NCBI GenBank assembly: GCA_027451365.1
Contig: DAIDJN010000022.1
Span: forward strand, 1-29,964
Reading direction: 5' to 3'
Source of the DNA: Phycisphaerales bacterium
Lineage (GTDB): Bacteria; Planctomycetota; Phycisphaerae; WQYP01
DNA length: 29,964 bases
The number at the start of each line of letters is the position of its first letter. The stretch's first letter is position 1. The notes beneath the pieces were generated by a model. The model was not told where the DNA came from. It worked only from the letters and a program-made list of their open reading frames with translations, and did no database searches. This document shows, one piece after another, positions 8,949-20,063 of this stretch. The translations under genes and the position numbers were made by a program.

Positions 8949-10379
8949 TTAGACAGGCTCATCATATGTTTCTGCGGGCACAGCGGCCGGAGTTGCGTTC
9001 AAGTGGTCCACCAGTTTGCGTCCCATGAACAGAATGGGCAAAAGGAATAAGGCGCCACAGCCGAAGAAAATGCTATAGCGATTCCATCGGATCAATCCGG
9101 TTTTCACTGTGTGATTGCCGATAAGTTCCAGTATAAAACCCCACAGCAGCGGCGAGATTCCAGCGGCCACATTCAGCGCCACCAGAAGAACCGCAAAATG
9201 ATGATTGCGGCCGGTTTTTGGAATATTCAAACTCTGTAAACGGTTGTTGGCCGCGGCGAAATTTAAGCCAGCCACACCCGAAAGCAGATACACGACGCCC
9301 AGCAGAAGAGGAGAAAGCGGCGCGATTCCGGCGGCTACAGCCCACCAGGCGGTGAAGACGAGAATCAGGGCTAACAGGCTGGCACGAATAATGGGTCGCG
9401 AACCGATGCGGTCGATCACCGCGCCGCACCAGAACAGAGATATAATTCCACCGAGCACCGACATACCGGAAAGCAGAACGATGGCGCTTTGCGAAAAGCC
9501 TTCCACCCCGCGGAGAAAATCGACGGTAAAAACCGCCAATGCTCCCAATACCAGCATATACGCGATATTAAACAGACAAAGCTGGCGAAATTGCCGCTGC
9601 GCCAGCATCACCAGCAGCGGCACACGCGACCCGGCTTCGGCATGGTGTTCCGGAGTGGAAATATCGGGCAACGGCAAAAGGCAAAGCACGCTGGCCAGGC
9701 CACCTAAACCGGCGAATATAAACGCCAGGCTGAATTGCCAACGCTGCGGATGACCCAGCAGAATAATGGTGGCTGCGAAAATGGCCAGCAGATTGCCCGA
9801 TTGGCCAAACAGTTGATCGCGCAGAAAGAACTTGCCACGCACATCAGGTGGAATAAGTGAGGTCACCCAAGGCATCCAGGCTCCGCCCGCCAAGCCGCGC
9901 AGCGTGCTGAAGGTCATAATGCAGACGAACACACCCACAAGACGGGAATGATCTGATGGCAGCGCGAATGGAACCAGCGCCAGAAGAAAAATAACCGCGG
10001 TTCGCGAACCCCAGCCAAAAATAAGCATCCTGCGATACCCTAAACGGGGAATCAGATGATTGCCCGGGATATGCAACACCGCCAGCAATGGCGGCAACGC
10101 GGCAAGGAAACCGAGGGCGGCATCATCTGCACCCAGATTCTTGGCATACAGGAACAGGGGTGTTCCCAGCACAATGGACCAGCTAAGGGCATTAAGCAGA
10201 GCGAACCGATTTGCCCACGGAATGCCATCAGGCAGTCCCACGGCGGAAAGTGTGGCAAAGGGCATCAGAGGCGAACCCGCCATCCGCAAAAGCAGCGCGG
10301 ACCGGGCGATTTGGCCGGACGTTTTGGCGGGCGGTATATAGGATTCTGCTTCGGTGTGGCCGTCGGTTGGGGTAGTCAT
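8949..10379 (-). CDS. Major facilitator superfamily transporter
   Basis: About 12 TM helices in two halves; motif-A-like GNHLIPRLGYRR and GAVIDRIGSRP. Confidence 0.85.
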   Translation of the reverse strand: MTTPTDGHTEAESYIPPAKTSGQIARSALLLRMAGSPLMPFATLSAVGLPDGIPWANRFALLNALSWSIVLGTPLFLYAKNLGADDAALGFLAALPPLLAVLHIPGNHLIPRLGYRRMLIFGWGSRTAVIFLLALVPFALPSDHSRLVGVFVCIMTFSTLRGLAGGAWMPWVTSLIPPDVRGKFFLRDQLFGQSGNLLAIFAATIILLGHPQRWQFSLAFIFAGLGGLASVLCLLPLPDISTPEHHAEAGSRVPLLVMLAQRQFRQLCLFNIAYMLVLGALAVFTVDFLRGVEGFSQSAIVLLSGMSVLGGIISLFWCGAVIDRIGSRPIIRASLLALILVFTAWWAVAAGIAPLSPLLLGVVYLLSGVAGLNFAAANNRLQSLNIPKTGRNHHFAVLLVALNVAAGISPLLWGFILELIGNHTVKTGLIRWNRYSIFFGCGALFLLPILFMGRKLVDHLNATPAAVPAETYDEPV

Positions 10380-10719
10380 AACGAATGAAATTGTAGCGTA
10401 AAAAATTCTACCCGTCTTTCAGGTGGCTTTACGCATTTATTGGGGAGTCCGCCAATATTTGCGGCCGGCCAATTGTTTTCGCCGCTCGAACGGCTTTTTG
10501 GCAGACCCGCTTATGGCGCACACCGGATGCAGGCGAAACGCCAATCGAAACATCAATTTTTTCGGCCGATTACAAATTGTCTGGAACCTCCAGCCGACAT
10601 CAACACCTTAAGGGCAGACTCTGGAAATCTTTTCTTTTAATACACTTAAATCAATGGGGATTTTATTTGGGAGGTCGGCAAGGGCTAAGGGAATGCGGGC
10701 CGCAAGGAGTCCGCGGGCA

Positions 10720-11085
10720 TAGACCTGTCATAAATCATGTGAACAACCTGTGGATAAATTATCCGTTGAGCGATGAACGACAAAATGTCGTGGCAGGCGG
10801 CTAACATAAAAGACGCCATTTACTGTATAAACGCTCACAAAACACCAACATGTCATTTACAAAGCCAACAGGTCAGTGTCAGGTTACGCACCTGTCACGC
10901 GAACAACCTTTTCGATTATAAAATCAGTAAAATAAATTACTTATGATTATTTTAAGATCATTTATCCACATTCCAACAGCCCTTACTACTACTACTACTT
11001 ATTTTTAAAAAGATATAAGGGGCCGCGATTGTTGCCTTTCACGCAAGATGGAATAAATGACCAAACAGATATTGTGGATAAGTTG
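10720..11085. other. Chromosomal replication origin oriC (DnaA boxes plus basal unwinding system)
   Basis: Perfect DnaA boxes at 10749-10757 (TGTGGATAA), 10962-10970 (TTATCCACA) and 11073-11081 (TGTGGATAA); a degenerate box at 10738-10746. AT-rich intergenic region of about 800 bp next to dciA-dnaN-dnaA. Confidence 0.85.
10962..11018 (+). repeat. DnaA box + degenerate box + GC spacer + DnaA-trios (TAC x5, 10984-10998) + AT-rich tract
   Basis: TTATCCACA TTCCAACA GCCCT TACTACTACTACTAC TTATTTTTAAAAAGATATAA has the same layout as the Bacillus subtilis incC unwinding region. Confidence 0.88.
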
Positions 11086-11178
11086 TTGAGAAATCTGTTT
11101 GATTTGGCGCGAAAACACGGTATTTACTGATTATTTCACATTCGCTTTTCCCTATTCAACCGGGCTTTTTTCCAGGGT

Positions 11179-11754
11179 TCAGCCATCGGCTTTCATCCTG
11201 TTTACGACCGTCTTCACGCGGCGAACGGTTCCACGGGTACGAAGTTGAATTTTTGCAAGCAATTGCGAACGTAATTGGGAATCAATTTCAGACTTAGCGG
11301 CCGCGCTTTGTATATACACCAGCAGACTGCCACGGTGAATGCCAGCTAAAGCGCTTGCGCGGACGAGTCGGTCGGGCAATTCCGCCTTCCAGATTTCCAC
11401 CAGATCAGTCAGAAGAATTTCTGGCTTTGCAATATTTTTTTCAAACCAGTCAGGAAGAAATTCACCAAGTTTGACCGGTGGATGGCGATCCAGGGCGGGG
11501 CGGCTTCGAATAATGCGCGAGAGCGTATCGAATTTATTTTTCTGGCGGGAATCCGCGAGCAGAGAGGAAATTTCAGACGATTTTTCCGGGTTGTCCGGCG
11601 AAGCAGATTTTTTGCTGCTCGGCAAAGGTGTTGTTTTTTCCGCTTTGGCAAGGCGCGTGCGGCGTCTGTTTTCACCTGATGGCGAACCGGATTTGGAAAA
11701 GTTGACGGTCACGGGCACCTCCATGCAATGAGGATTGATGAACCGGCCTGCCAT
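11179..11754 (-). CDS. dciA: DciA (DUF721) family helicase-loading protein
   Basis: LVEIWKAELPDRLVRASALAGIHRGSLLVYIQSAAAKSEI matches the DUF721 core. Canonical position after dnaN. Start uncertain (11754, 11724 or later). Confidence 0.75.
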   Translation of the reverse strand: MAGRFINPHCMEVPVTVNFSKSGSPSGENRRRTRLAKAEKTTPLPSSKKSASPDNPEKSSEISSLLADSRQKNKFDTLSRIIRSRPALDRHPPVKLGEFLPDWFEKNIAKPEILLTDLVEIWKAELPDRLVRASALAGIHRGSLLVYIQSAAAKSEIDSQLRSQLLAKIQLRTRGTVRRVKTVVNRMKADG

Positions 11755-11895
11755 TTTTTATATTGACGGAACATGTGCTGGACCGGTCCATCAGCCGATT
11801 GCGGGTGCGAATGCCCGCCGTCTCAATCCGGTTACCCGATCAGATGAATGGCGTTGCCCGGTGCCGATTGCCATTGGGCGTCGGTGTTGGGTGGA

Positions 11896-13041
11896 TCAGG
11901 TCAGGCTTACCGGCATAATAACATATAGAAAGCCGGGTCCGGATTTAATCAGGCCGGGCTTATTCGGCGCACGCAATTCAAAGGTAATGTCTTCAGTCGG
12001 GGCAACTTTCAGGGCATCCTGAAGATAGATCGGGTTAAAGCCGACATCCATCGGTTCGGCCGAGTAATCCATGGTCATTTCCACTTTAGCTTCGCCCATT
12101 TCCGGCGCGCGTCCGGTGATGGTAAGGCTTTTATTGGCGAAACTTAAGCGGATGGATTTGGATTCTTCATTGGTTAAAAGCGCTGCGCGCTGCACGGCAC
12201 TGCGCAGTTTGTCGCGGTTCATGGTGGCTTTATGATCGCAATCTTTGGGGATGACATCTTTATATGGCGGGAAATTTCCTTCCACCAGCGATGCGGAGAG
12301 CGATGCGGTTACCAGACCTTCACCCTTCTCGCCGGCGGTTTTGGAAACGACCTGGGCGAAAAGCTTGCCTTCACGGAATTGAAGCTGCACAGTCTGCTGG
12401 CCGTCGGTAAGCAGACGTTCAAGCATGTTGATGGCTTTGATTGGAATAATGCTTTCGCTTTCTTTGGCATCGGCGGATTCCAAATCGTCGCGGGTCTGGG
12501 CCAGACGATGGCCATCGGTGGCGACCATACTTACTTTTTTGCCTTTACGTTCAAAAAGAACGCCATTCATGGCATAGCGTGTCATTTCCTTGGCGGCGGC
12601 AAAACGCGTGCGGTCGAGCATGGTTTTCAGCAGAGCGGAGGAAAGGGAGCAATCTGGTTCGCCTTCAAAACCACTGACAGGCGGGAAGTCTTCAGTGTTG
12701 TACCCCAGAAGGGTGAAGGTACTGTCCTGGCCGATGATGGTGGCCTTTTCGCCGGTGACTTCAATAGCCAGTGTCTCATCGGGTGAATTGTTGACGATTT
12801 CCATCAGCTTCTGGGCGGGCAGAAGGGCCACACCATCCTGTTTTATATCCACCTGAGAAAGGGAGGTTTCAATGGTCATTTCCAGGTCTGTGGCGACAAT
12901 GCGCAAAACCCGCGCACTGCCCGCGGTGGCGGTGCATATACGCACGCATGCAAGAACCGGCTTGGGCGACCGCGTGGGTACCACACTGCAAGCAAGACCA
13001 AGTACTTCAACCAGAGCCTGACGATGAACAATTGCTTTCAT
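11896..13041 (-). CDS. dnaN: DNA polymerase III subunit beta (sliding clamp)
   Basis: Motifs ATDLE, RYAMNGV, VATDGHRLA, EGNFPPY, GFNPIYL and YVIMP; follows dnaA. Confidence 0.97.
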   Translation of the reverse strand: MKAIVHRQALVEVLGLACSVVPTRSPKPVLACVRICTATAGSARVLRIVATDLEMTIETSLSQVDIKQDGVALLPAQKLMEIVNNSPDETLAIEVTGEKATIIGQDSTFTLLGYNTEDFPPVSGFEGEPDCSLSSALLKTMLDRTRFAAAKEMTRYAMNGVLFERKGKKVSMVATDGHRLAQTRDDLESADAKESESIIPIKAINMLERLLTDGQQTVQLQFREGKLFAQVVSKTAGEKGEGLVTASLSASLVEGNFPPYKDVIPKDCDHKATMNRDKLRSAVQRAALLTNEESKSIRLSFANKSLTITGRAPEMGEAKVEMTMDYSAEPMDVGFNPIYLQDALKVAPTEDITFELRAPNKPGLIKSGPGFLYVIMPVSLT

Positions 13042-13210
13042 GGAATTCGCATCCTGTTGTATGAATCCCTGTATTTCCTACGCTGACACCGGTGCGGGAA
13101 ATCAGACCGACTTTACGCATGGCAGATAATACCAATGGCGGAGCGCTTCAACAACAAAAGAGCTTCTGTTACCGATTTTATTCGCATACGTTTGCTGTTT
13201 GGCGGAATGG

Positions 13211-14572
13211 TTAAGATGCCATCTGACTGGCGGCCAAGGCGGGCCGGCTTATTTCCCGTTCGAGGCTGTTTTCGATCTGTTCAATCTGGCGGGCGAAGGC
13301 GGCATCGGTTTGGCGCAGGTGTTCGATAGTTTTAACGGAATGCATGACGGTGGTGTGGTCGCGGCCGCCGAAGAAACCGCCGGTTTCTTCAAGTGAATAC
13401 TGGGTATATTTGCGCACCAGATACATGCAGACCTGGCGCGGGAGGGTAATGGATTTATGGCGTTTTTTACCCTGAAGGTCAGGCACACGAACATTAAAGA
13501 AACGGGTGACGTGCCCGACAACCTGCAAAATAGAAACCATGCGGTTGGCCTGGGGCAGAAGATCACCAAGGGCGGCCTGAGCGAGCGTCAAGTTGTACAC
13601 CCCGCCGTTGAGCATGGCCTGGCCCATGAGTTTGGTGATAGCGCCCTCAATTTCCCGGACATTGTTTTCACAGCGTTTGGCGACAAATTCAGCGACATCT
13701 TCGGGCAGGGCGACGCCGCGAAGGTCGGCCTTGCGCCTGACGATAATCAGCCGGGTTTCAAAACAGGGCGGTTCAACTTCCGCCAGCAGGCCATTAGCGA
13801 ACCGCGAAACCAGGCGTTCTTCCATGGAGGGAATATCCCGCGGCGGGCTGTCCGAGCTTAAGATAATCTGTTTGCCCTGGGGCAGCAGGGCATTAAAGGT
13901 ATGAAAAAATTCTTCCTGTGAGCGATCGCGACCGGCCAGAAAGTGAATATCATCCACCACTAAGACATCGCAATTGTTACGAAAGAGTTGGCGGAACTGG
14001 CCCTGGTTTCCGCTGGAGATAGATTCCATAAAGTGATTGACGAACTGTTCGCAGGTAATGTAAAGGATTCGGACGTCCGGCTGGCGGCTAAGCAGGTCCT
14101 GGCAGGTCGCCTGCAGCAGATGGGTTTTGCCGAGTCCCGGCGCGCCATGAATAAAAAGCGGGTTGTAGACCCGGCCTGGCTGCATGGCCACGGCCTGGCA
14201 GGCGCGATGGGCGAGATCATTGGCTGGGCCGACGACAAAATTCTCAAAAATAAAATCCGGGGATAGCGGGACTTCATTGCACAGATTCATGACCGGATTG
14301 AGTCCTGCGGAACCCGGACAGATGAAATTGACGCCCAAGAGGCGGCCTGTGACGGATTGCACCGCCTCCACAAAGACAGGGCGGCACTTCATGGACAGAT
14401 GCTGCTGTTGAACCAGGGTCTGGCAGCGGACAGTAATTGTGCCGCTGGAAATCTCGATCGGTTCAAGTTCGGAGAACCATTGGCGCACAACAGGGGAATG
14501 GAACTGGCGCAGGTAGACCAGCATGTCATTCCAGGTATTGCGGGCCTGACTCGCGGCATCAAGCGGCACCAT
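13211..14572 (-). CDS. dnaA: Chromosomal replication initiator DnaA
   Basis: [27 protein letters not shown] (Walker A), [33 protein letters not shown] and [19 protein letters not shown] upstream of ATG 14572. Confidence 0.97.
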   Translation of the reverse strand: MVPLDAASQARNTWNDMLVYLRQFHSPVVRQWFSELEPIEISSGTITVRCQTLVQQQHLSMKCRPVFVEAVQSVTGRLLGVNFICPGSAGLNPVMNLCNEVPLSPDFIFENFVVGPANDLAHRACQAVAMQPGRVYNPLFIHGAPGLGKTHLLQATCQDLLSRQPDVRILYITCEQFVNHFMESISSGNQGQFRQLFRNNCDVLVVDDIHFLAGRDRSQEEFFHTFNALLPQGKQIILSSDSPPRDIPSMEERLVSRFANGLLAEVEPPCFETRLIIVRRKADLRGVALPEDVAEFVAKRCENNVREIEGAITKLMGQAMLNGGVYNLTLAQAALGDLLPQANRMVSILQVVGHVTRFFNVRVPDLQGKKRHKSITLPRQVCMYLVRKYTQYSLEETGGFFGGRDHTTVMHSVKTIEHLRQTDAAFARQIEQIENSLEREISRPALAASQMAS

Positions 14573-15154
14573 ACAAGATTTCCTTCCAATGGGTCCATCA
14601 GGCGGCGTGAGCGCAAAGACTCCGGAATTGGCACGGGCCGTCAGGGGCCGGTCCGATTCAAACCGCATGCGGGAAACTCAATTATTTCAAAATTAGCTGC
14701 ATCCTGCGCGGCGGACTATGACGAAATGCTCCCAAGTCGTCAGGCGTGATTGCACGGTTTGTACGCGGATGTTTAACCGCATCGCATTTCCATGCCGCGC
14801 GCCAGGTGTCGCCGCAGTTTTTATTCCGCCGATAATCCGGGGAAACCGGAGTATCGGACGGATTGATTTACCAGCAAAAAGCGGACCGCGGAAATTGATG
14901 CGTGAATCGGAACGCGGATACAGGAGGTGGAACCAACTGTACCCTGACCGGACCGCTGGCGGGAATTCCGCCACGTCGGGCCATCGGAGAAAATCCATCC
15001 TTGCCGGCCGCACCGGCTGCCGCATCCAAACCCGCAACCGGCCATTTGGCCGGCCCGCTGACTCTCTTCTCCCGGTCTATCTTCCGTCCTTTTGGCGCCG
15101 CGCCGGACCGTTTACCGCAGGTTTTTACACCTTTGCGCCAATGAACCCGGCGGC

Positions 15155-15214
15155 TTATCCACAAGATACGCAGCCTTTGATGATGTGTCAAACAGTCAGG
15201 AAAAATTTGTATAA
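15155..15214. promoter_or_regulatory. DnaA boxes upstream of dnaA (autoregulation or second origin part)
   Basis: Perfect TTATCCACA at 15155-15163 and a 1-mismatch inverted box TTTGTATAA at 15206-15214. Confidence 0.6.
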
Positions 15215-15404
15215 TTACCTGTAAAACAAGGGGTTTGCCGACCATGGGGCCTGCGGGGTCCGGTGCTGGCCGACCCGGCGGATGGCCCGGTAAGTTTGCA
15301 CAACGGCGCGCCGGGTGAAAAGAATTATTATAATTTTAACATATTAAGATATCTACGTATAAATACGTTCCACCCGGTCCGCAGGCCGGCGCTCAGTCAA
15401 TCGG

Positions 15405-16331
15405 CTAAAACAGGATTTCCGCATGTGCAGGCGATGGTTTTTGTCCGACGGCTTTCACCCGCTTTCCATTCACTCGCCGTATGCCGTTGGCGGTTGCCGG
15501 TACGGAGTTCAGCGGCGCATCGGAACCTAAAAGTACATCGCCCACTTTTGTTTCCGCCAGGCGGCTTTCGATGCGTGCGGCATATTCCGGTGAAAGTTCA
15601 AAACCCAGAAATTGCCGGCCCAGTTTTTTAGCTGTGACCAGCGTGGATCCGCTGCCGCCGAACGGGTCGAGAACCGTCTGGCCTTCATTGGAACAGGCCT
15701 TGATAATGCGGCCGAGCAATTGCTCCGGCATCTGACAGCCGTGCCAGCCGGCACGTTCCTTGAATGTGCCGCAGACGCGGGGAACGTACCAGACATCTTC
15801 ATTGGGCTGAAACTGATCCGGGATATCCTGTGGACGCAATATCCAAGTGTCATCGGGCAGGCGGCCATCCGGATTGCCCCGGCTATCGCCATAGACCAGC
15901 GTTCGAGCCGACGGCACGCGAATGGGGGGAATATTGAAGGTAAATGCTTTTGGATTTTTGACAAAATGAAACAGGTGTGTGTGGCTGCGTGCGAATTTAA
16001 ATTTGCATTGCACGCCAAAAGTGTAATACCACAACACCCAGCTGCGGCAGGTCAGGCCGAGTTCACGTTGGAAAATCAGCTTAAGTTCCGCAGCGAAATC
16101 ATCGCCAATAGCCAGCCAGAAAGTGCCATCCGGCTTTAGTGCTTTTACTACGCCGGCACCCCAGCGGCGGGTCCAGTCCAGGTAATCATCAGCGGCGCGC
16201 TTGTCTTCATACACATCGTATTTGTAGCCGATGTTAAAGGGTGGATCGGCGAAAATAAGGTCAATGGATCCGGGCGGAACTTCCGCCAGCCCCTCGACAC
16301 AATCACGCTGATAAATCTGATTCAGTTCCAT
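15405..16331 (-). CDS. Orphan site-specific DNA methyltransferase (N6-A/N4-C, beta class)
   Basis: Catalytic motif [12 protein letters not shown] precedes SAM motif [12 protein letters not shown]; also HGCQMPEQL and GRQFLGFE. No neighbouring restriction endonuclease. ATG 16331. Confidence 0.9.
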   Translation of the reverse strand: MELNQIYQRDCVEGLAEVPPGSIDLIFADPPFNIGYKYDVYEDKRAADDYLDWTRRWGAGVVKALKPDGTFWLAIGDDFAAELKLIFQRELGLTCRSWVLWYYTFGVQCKFKFARSHTHLFHFVKNPKAFTFNIPPIRVPSARTLVYGDSRGNPDGRLPDDTWILRPQDIPDQFQPNEDVWYVPRVCGTFKERAGWHGCQMPEQLLGRIIKACSNEGQTVLDPFGGSGSTLVTAKKLGRQFLGFELSPEYAARIESRLAETKVGDVLLGSDAPLNSVPATANGIRRVNGKRVKAVGQKPSPAHAEILF

Positions 16332-16471
16332 TGCCGCGGCCCTTTTTTCTGTCCGATGCTGCTGATTGCATTCATTACAAGATGCTGTCCGAACAAATGA
16401 CAAACAACACAATATATCGTACCATGCGCCATGGTTTGCTGTCCAATGCAGGGGTATGAAACGTGACACAA

Positions 16472-19400
16472 TTACGGGCTTTGTGTGCTGTGCTGACGCC
16501 CGACAATGGCCCGGATAAATGTTTCATGAATTGCATCGTTAAGTTGCTTGAATGCCACGGGCGTTGCGGTTGGATTTTGCCATGTGCCACCGACCTGAAT
16601 GGTGCTGACATTCGATTCCAGCGCGTCTAAAATGGCTTTGGTTTGTGGCACAAATGGTATGTGAATGGTCCCGAACGGCTGGACGGTTCCGACTACATAG
16701 CCGGCAATCGCACTTTTAGGCATGTTCCATATATTGGTAATGGTACCTGTGGCCAAAGTGCTGGCACCACGGTCTGTGTAATGCAGTGACGTGATATGAG
16801 CATCCCCATTTTCCAGCCGCCAGGTGGCATGACCATGGCCGGTGGGCGCTATGCTGCCGGTTCCCACATGCAGCAGATTATAAAGCGCCGCGATGATGGT
16901 TGTGTTGATCAGATCGGATTTCCTGATGCGCAAACTGCCCTGGCCGAATGCGGCATTCCAGCGGCCGGGCGTGGCGATAACTGTCATGCGGCCTGAAAGC
17001 AGGCCGGGCACGGGCAATGCGTGCGGTTTTACGGCTCGGGTGATTTGCCCCAGATTGATATCTGAAAAATGCAGGTTCAGTTGCGCCGAATATGCGCCGC
17101 CGGAATGTCGTGCCAGCCGTGCCCAGGGTCGCAACAGGCCGCCCGCCAGACTGATTGATGAATGGTTGATCACCACGGAATGAGCGGAAACAAAGGCGTG
17201 CAGCACAATTGGCCCCAGATTCATGGCGCCAAGGCGGGCGTTATCCGGTGTGAGGTTCAACAGGGCTTCCATAGGTGCCAGCGGGTGGGCGCTGCGGCTT
17301 GGGCCAGCGGAAAGCGTACCATGGAAGCCGCCCCGCAGGGCATGAAGCGCCCGCACGGATGGCAGCAGAATGGGAATATTCGACAGATTGCAGGTAAGCG
17401 ATGCGGAAGAATTCAGTGGCTTGTCCATAATGTAAACCGCATGGCCGGCAAGTGTATTACCCATTACCAGCACCCGCAGATGGGAAATGCCGAGCGTGCG
17501 GCCCAGGCCATGAAGCTGCAATTTCAGGGACCCGATGGGAAAAATGAGTTTGCGGATGCCCGCCGTGAGCGTTGCATCACCGCGAAAGCTGTGGGTAAAC
17601 GGATTCCAGCTTCCGGCAGTTGAGCCATTGAGCGTGAAAGTAAGTGCCTGGCTTTGAACGGTCAGTGGCCAGCGGGCAAGAGCAAGCGCGACTGCCACGT
17701 GCTGCGGATCGGAGCGTTTCCATTGAACAGTTCCCTTGATGCTCCCGCCATTGGCGCTTTGCACGGCAATGGGTGCCAGTGAAAGCATGCCATGCTGGTA
17801 AACAATTCGAGTTCCCGCCGAAGTAATGTTCAGGGGAAGTGTACCGGGCCAAAGCGCCGGCCACAGCAGGTGCGTGACATTCAGCGAGCCGGCGACATTT
17901 GCACCGGCCAGATTACGGTCAGTCAGATGGATGGCCAACTTCAGGCCGACGCGTCCGGCGATGGTTCCTTTCATGGGCGGCAGCAGCAGGACGGCGAGTT
18001 GTTTTGCCTGAATATTCTGTGCCGTGATGGCCATGGATGCCAATTGGCCGTTCAGCCGCGCGTGACCGGCCACGGTTACATTTCCGCCCAGAAGCTTGAC
18101 CTGCCGCGTGGCAATACGAATGGCGGAATTGGAAATTGCGCCGTCCACCACCACCGGCGGCATGGCCAACGGATGGCTGTTGATTCGCAATTGAGCGCCG
18201 GCGAGCCGGCCGTTTAATTGAAGTTTCAGCGGCAGCAAGTCTCCGTGGGCCAGCAGATGCCCGTTCATGACACCGCCGATGGCCCATGGCGCGGCCCGGC
18301 CGCTGCTATGGCTGACCACCGGAAGTCCGGTGACGGTTAGCAGGAGATGGGCCGGATATTGCCGGATAAAAATGCAATTTCCGCTGGCCGCCAGGCTCCA
18401 GGTTTTGTTGGCCACCAGAAGATTCTGAATCTGCATTCCACCAGCGTTTCCATAGGCATGCAGATTTACCTTTGAATCGGCGGGCAGGTCGGCCAGCGGA
18501 ATGGAATTGCCGTGGCACGCCAGCCGCAGATGCCAGACACCGGGAATAAAGGCATAGCGGCCAGTGAGTTTCAGGTATGGATCGGTCGGGAGCGTGCAGG
18601 CCGTGATGACAATATGGCTTTGGTTGGCAGTTCCGCGGGCGGTCAGGCCGTCCAGATGAACGACTGAACCATGATTCCACTCAAATTTCGGTGTGGTAAG
18701 TTGCCAGGAAAATCCGTGATGCAAGCTCCCCTGCGCCCCGATGGCCAGTTGCGAATTCCAGTATCCGTGTGCGCTTTGGCCAGAGCTTGTCAGTCGAGCG
18801 GTAATCACGCGTTGCCCCGGCCAGGGTGAAAGAAGTGATGCGGAAATGGTTCCACTTTGTGCGTCGCCCCCCAGCAGACTGACGTTTCGCCAGGCGGCCT
18901 GAATTTCCGCATGACCAGCGGCCGGATTAAAAAGACCGCTAAGATGCAGATCTCCGCCGGCGGCTTGCGCTCGGATTCCCGATCCGTGCACGCCGCGGCT
19001 GTCTGCCCAAAGGGTACCGCGAAAAACGCGGATCGGGCGGGGCCACTCCGCCAGCAGGAAATTCAGGCTGCGCGGATTGACCTGCCAGCGCTGACCGGAA
19101 TATTCAATATTGGTACGGCCGCTTACGGTTAACCCCCCAATTGAAAGGTGAATATGCGATGCATGTTCCGTAAGCGTTGACCCGGTGACGTGTCCCACCA
19201 GATTCGCCTGAAGTCCGGCCGGCCCGCGCCATTGCGGCCAGAACAATCGCAGCCATTGTTGGAGTCGGGTGCCACGGACCCGCAGCGTGTGCATCCATTG
19301 CTGCTGCGGCACCAGGGTTCCGCGGATATTTACACTGGGCTTTCCGGTGCGGACCGGCGTGCTCAAATGGAAATGCCACGCCAGTGATCCGTGCGGGCGG

Positions 19401-20005
19401 GCCATGAGCCTCAGGTGGCTGATTTTCAGAATTTTGCCGCCAAAGGCGGGGGCTATGAGCTGGCCGTCGACCAGCTTAAGTCTTGGAAGGCTTATCGCGG
19501 AAAGTGGTCGGGCGTTTGGATGCGTCAGTTTCCATTGCACCCAGGCCTGCTGCACCGCCGCGAACGCCAGTGCCGGTGTCCATCCGCCCTGTCTGGCGCG
19601 GCGAATAGTGAATCGCGGGGCAGTCAGGCTGATGGCGGACAGCCCAAGATGACCCGTCACGGAAAACCAAAGCACATTGTTGTGTCGCAGTGAAAGCCTG
19701 CGGACGCGCAGAATTGGCCGATGGCCCAGCGGCAGCGATGCGGAAACATTTTGCAGTGTGGTTTTGCCCAGCCAATTGATGTGGATTGACCCGGCCGAGA
19801 TTCTCAGGCCGGTCCGCGTTTCGATGGCTGCGATAACCCAATGATGCGCATACGATGAATGCAGCAGTCGGCGGCCGCTGATCGCCGCGACAGTCAGGGC
19901 CAGCGATATAATCAACAGAAGAATAAACAGGCGGAGAATTCCGCGGCGAAAACGGCGCCACCGGGGCGGTGCGGAAGGCTGATGAATGGGGTCAGTCTGA
20001 GTCAT
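16472..20005 (-). CDS. Large AsmA/TamB-like envelope protein (inner-membrane anchor, beta-rich periplasmic body)
   Basis: Basic N-terminus with one TM helix, then about 1100 aa of alternating amphipathic beta-strand sequence, and an AsmA-like C-terminus [10 protein letters not shown]. Confidence 0.65.
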   Translation of the reverse strand: MTQTDPIHQPSAPPRWRRFRRGILRLFILLLIISLALTVAAISGRRLLHSSYAHHWVIAAIETRTGLRISAGSIHINWLGKTTLQNVSASLPLGHRPILRVRRLSLRHNNVLWFSVTGHLGLSAISLTAPRFTIRRARQGGWTPALAFAAVQQAWVQWKLTHPNARPLSAISLPRLKLVDGQLIAPAFGGKILKISHLRLMARPHGSLAWHFHLSTPVRTGKPSVNIRGTLVPQQQWMHTLRVRGTRLQQWLRLFWPQWRGPAGLQANLVGHVTGSTLTEHASHIHLSIGGLTVSGRTNIEYSGQRWQVNPRSLNFLLAEWPRPIRVFRGTLWADSRGVHGSGIRAQAAGGDLHLSGLFNPAAGHAEIQAAWRNVSLLGGDAQSGTISASLLSPWPGQRVITARLTSSGQSAHGYWNSQLAIGAQGSLHHGFSWQLTTPKFEWNHGSVVHLDGLTARGTANQSHIVITACTLPTDPYLKLTGRYAFIPGVWHLRLACHGNSIPLADLPADSKVNLHAYGNAGGMQIQNLLVANKTWSLAASGNCIFIRQYPAHLLLTVTGLPVVSHSSGRAAPWAIGGVMNGHLLAHGDLLPLKLQLNGRLAGAQLRINSHPLAMPPVVVDGAISNSAIRIATRQVKLLGGNVTVAGHARLNGQLASMAITAQNIQAKQLAVLLLPPMKGTIAGRVGLKLAIHLTDRNLAGANVAGSLNVTHLLWPALWPGTLPLNITSAGTRIVYQHGMLSLAPIAVQSANGGSIKGTVQWKRSDPQHVAVALALARWPLTVQSQALTFTLNGSTAGSWNPFTHSFRGDATLTAGIRKLIFPIGSLKLQLHGLGRTLGISHLRVLVMGNTLAGHAVYIMDKPLNSSASLTCNLSNIPILLPSVRALHALRGGFHGTLSAGPSRSAHPLAPMEALLNLTPDNARLGAMNLGPIVLHAFVSAHSVVINHSSISLAGGLLRPWARLARHSGGAYSAQLNLHFSDINLGQITRAVKPHALPVPGLLSGRMTVIATPGRWNAAFGQGSLRIRKSDLINTTIIAALYNLLHVGTGSIAPTGHGHATWRLENGDAHITSLHYTDRGASTLATGTITNIWNMPKSAIAGYVVGTVQPFGTIHIPFVPQTKAILDALESNVSTIQVGGTWQNPTATPVAFKQLNDAIHETFIRAIVGRQHSTQSP

Positions 20006-20063
20006 TGGGATGACAATCCTTTAGGCTTTGAGCCTGTTGAAACCTGGCTGAATCATACCGCCA

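Noticed and set aside
10984..10998. TAC x5 as a microsatellite or phase-variation tract
   Set aside because: Its position after a DnaA box pair and GC spacer fits DnaA-trios much better.
14693..15245. Overlapping ORFs upstream of dnaA (e.g. 14718-15224)
   Set aside because: Arg/Pro-rich, no recognisable domain or good SD; typical GC-rich shadow ORFs.
15405..16331. Type II restriction-modification system
   Set aside because: No endonuclease-like ORF flanks the methyltransferase.
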